From: Chiloscyllium plagiosum
Taxonomy: Eukaryota
Reading direction: 5' to 3'
Assembly: GCF_004010195.1 (NCBI RefSeq)
Contig: NC_057720.1
Span: 20,039,680 to 20,103,679, forward strand
Length of the DNA: 64,000 bases
In this document: one piece after another, positions 61,710 through 64,000 of the stretch
Numbering within the stretch: the stretch's first letter is position 1
Layout of the letters: each line of letters begins with the position of its first letter
Notes under the pieces: model-generated
What the model was told of the DNA's origin: nothing
Database searches by the model: none
The model's input: the letters and a program-made list of their open reading frames with translations, nothing else
Program-made: the position numbers and the translations under genes

Positions 61710-63190
61710 TTAGAACATAGAACATTACAGCTCAGTACAGGCCCTTTGGCCGCCGATGTTGCGCCGATCTGTGGAACCAATCTGAAGCCTCTCTATCCTA
61801 CACTGTTCCATTTTCATCCATATGTTTATCCTTTGACCATTTAAATGCCCCTTAAAGTTGCCAGGTCTACTACTGTTGCAGACACAGTGTTCCACACTCC
61901 TACAACTCTCTTGAGTAAAGAAACTACCTCTGATATCTGTCCTATATCTATCACCCCTCAATTTAAAGCTATGTCCCTTTGTGCTAGCCATCACCATCCG
62001 AGGAAAAAGCCACTCACTGTCCACCCTATCTAACCCTCTGATTATCTGATATGTCTCTATTAAGTCACCTCTCAACCTTCTCTTTAATGAAAACATTCTC
62101 AAGTCCCTCAGCCTTTCTTCATAAGACCTTTCCTCCATACCAGGTAACATCCTAGTAAATCTTCTCTCTACTCTTTCCAAAGCTTCCACATCCTTCCTAT
62201 AATGCGGTGACCAGAACTGTATGCAATATTCCCAAGTGCAGCTGTAACAGAGGTTTTGTACAGCTGCAACATGACCCTTTAATCCTGTTGCACCTTCCAA
62301 AGTGAATCACCTTATACTTGTCTGCATTAAACTCCATTTGACACCTCTCAGCCCAGCTATGCAGCTTCTCTATGTCCCTCTGTAACCTGCAACATCCTTC
62401 AGCACTATCCACAATGCTACCGACCTTAATATCATCCGCGAATTTACTACCCCATCCTTCTATGCCCTCATCCATGTCTTTTATAAAAAAGACAAACAGC
62501 AGTGTCCCCAAAACAGATTCTTGTGGTACACCACTAGTAAATGAACTCTAGGATGAACATCTCCCATTAACCACCACCCTCTGTCTTCTCTCAGCTAGCC
62601 AATTTCTAATCCAAGCCGTTAAATCACCCTCAATCCCATGCCTCTGTATTTTGTGCTGGAAATGTGTTGCTGGAAAAGCGCAGCAGGTCAGGCAGCATCC
62701 AGGGAACAGGAGAATCGACGTTTTGGTCATAAGCCCTTCTTCAGGAATCATGCCCGAAACGTCGATTCTCCTGTTCCCTGGATGCTGCCTGACCTGCTGC
62801 GCTTTTCCAGCAACACATTTCCAGCTCTGATCTCCAGCATCTGCAGACCTCACTTTCTCCTCTGTATTTTGTGCAACAGCCTACTGTGGAGAATCTTATC
62901 AAACGTCTTACTGAAATCCATATACACTACATTAACCGCTTTACCCTCATCCACCTGTTTAGTCACCTTCTCAAAGAACTCAATAAGTTTTGTGAGGCAC
63001 AACCTACCCTTCACAAAACCGTGTTGACTATCCCTAATCAACTTATTCCTTTCTAGGTGATTATAAATTCTATCTCTTATAACCCTTTCCAACACTACCC
63101 ACAACCAATGTAAGGCTATAATAACTGGGGTTGTCTCTACTCCCCTTGAACAAGGGGACAACATTTGCTATCCTCCAGTATTCTAGCACT
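61710..63190 (-). mobile_element. CR1 RT to 3' end
   Basis: YMDFSKTFDK, KFADD and tail (ttctatg)n. Confidence 0.9.
62657..62858. mobile_element. Palindromic PLE-derived unit with exact 16-bp TSD
   Basis: cctctgtattttgtgc at 62641-62656 and 62859-62874. Confidence 0.9.
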
Positions 63191-63234
63191 AAAAATTTTC
63201 ATATCCTCTCTGATGACGAAATTTATGTTGTTCT

Positions 63235-64000
63235 AGAGTCATAGAGTCATGCAGCACGGAAACAGACCATTTGGCCCAAATCGTCCATGCTGACCAGATT
63301 TCTCAAACTGAACATTTGCCTGTATTTGGACAATATCCCTCTAAACCTTTCCCTGTACCTGCCCAAATGTCTTTTAAATGTTGTAATTGTACCCACCTCT
63401 ACCATTTCCTCTGGTAGATCATTCAATATATGCACTAACCTCTGTGTGGTAAAAGTTGTGCTCCGGTCTCTTTTAAATCTTTCCCCTCTCACCTTAAACC
63501 AATGACTTGTAGCTTTGGACTCACCTACCCTGGGGAAAAAGAACTTGGCTATTCACCTCATCTATGCCCCTCAATCAAGTTTGTGAGACATGATTTCCAA
63601 GCACAGGACAATGCTGACTATCTCTACTTAATCCTTGCCTTTCTAAATGCATGCAGATCCTATGTCTCAGAAACCCCTCCAACACGTTGCCCACTGTTGA
63701 CATTAGGTTAACTGGTCTGTCATTATCTGGCTTTTCTTCTCAGACTCTCTTAAATAATGGCACGACTTTAATCACCCTCCAGTCTTCCACATCTTACCCG
63801 TGGCTGTCGCTGATACAAATATCTCTGCAAGGAATCTCGCAATTTCTTCCCTAACTTCTCACAATGTCCTTGGATACACTTGATCAAGTCCCAGGGATTT
63901 ATCTACCTTTATGCATTTTAATGCCTTCAGCATCACCTCTTCTGTATTGTGTACTCTTTTCAAGACATTACTGTTTGTTTCCTTGAGTTCCCTAGCTTCC
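63235..64000 (-). mobile_element. CR1 fragments, continuing past the window end
   Basis: 3' tail at 63235-63570 joined to an upstream ORF2 region. Confidence 0.85.

Noticed and set aside
1..64000. CRISPR arrays, operons or prokaryotic defence systems
   Set aside because: Vertebrate intron/repeat landscape; no repeat-spacer periodicity seen, and all recognised RT/endonuclease ORFs belong to retrotransposons.

Overview
Eukaryotic, repeat-rich DNA from a cartilaginous fish. HE1-type SINEs, shark-type CR1 LINEs and Deu-SINEs point to a shark; the species is not determinable here. The only host gene I can identify is the 5' end of ABCD3 (peroxisomal ABC half-transporter PMP70) on the minus strand: coding exons 1-3 (40417-40308, 30765-30732, 30626-30528) below a CpG-rich promoter. 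I could not find exon 4 onward. The rest is largely nested retroelements (CR1, L1/Tx1, Rex1/Babar, Penelope-like elements [PLEs], SINEs), two Tc1/mariner (Tigger-type) remnants and three N gaps. Most interesting: (1) more than 10 minimal type I hammerhead-ribozyme motifs carried by PLE terminal repeats; (2) short non-coding PLE-derived palindromes inserted with 11-16 bp target-site duplications (TSDs), plus one perfect 188-bp-arm hairpin; (3) an unassigned, decayed ~270-codon reading frame with poly(A) signals, possibly an endogenous viral element; (4) evidence that the 23-kb contig between the two 500-N gaps is mis-oriented. Repeat boundaries are approximate, and family names come from recognising motifs by eye, not from database searches.
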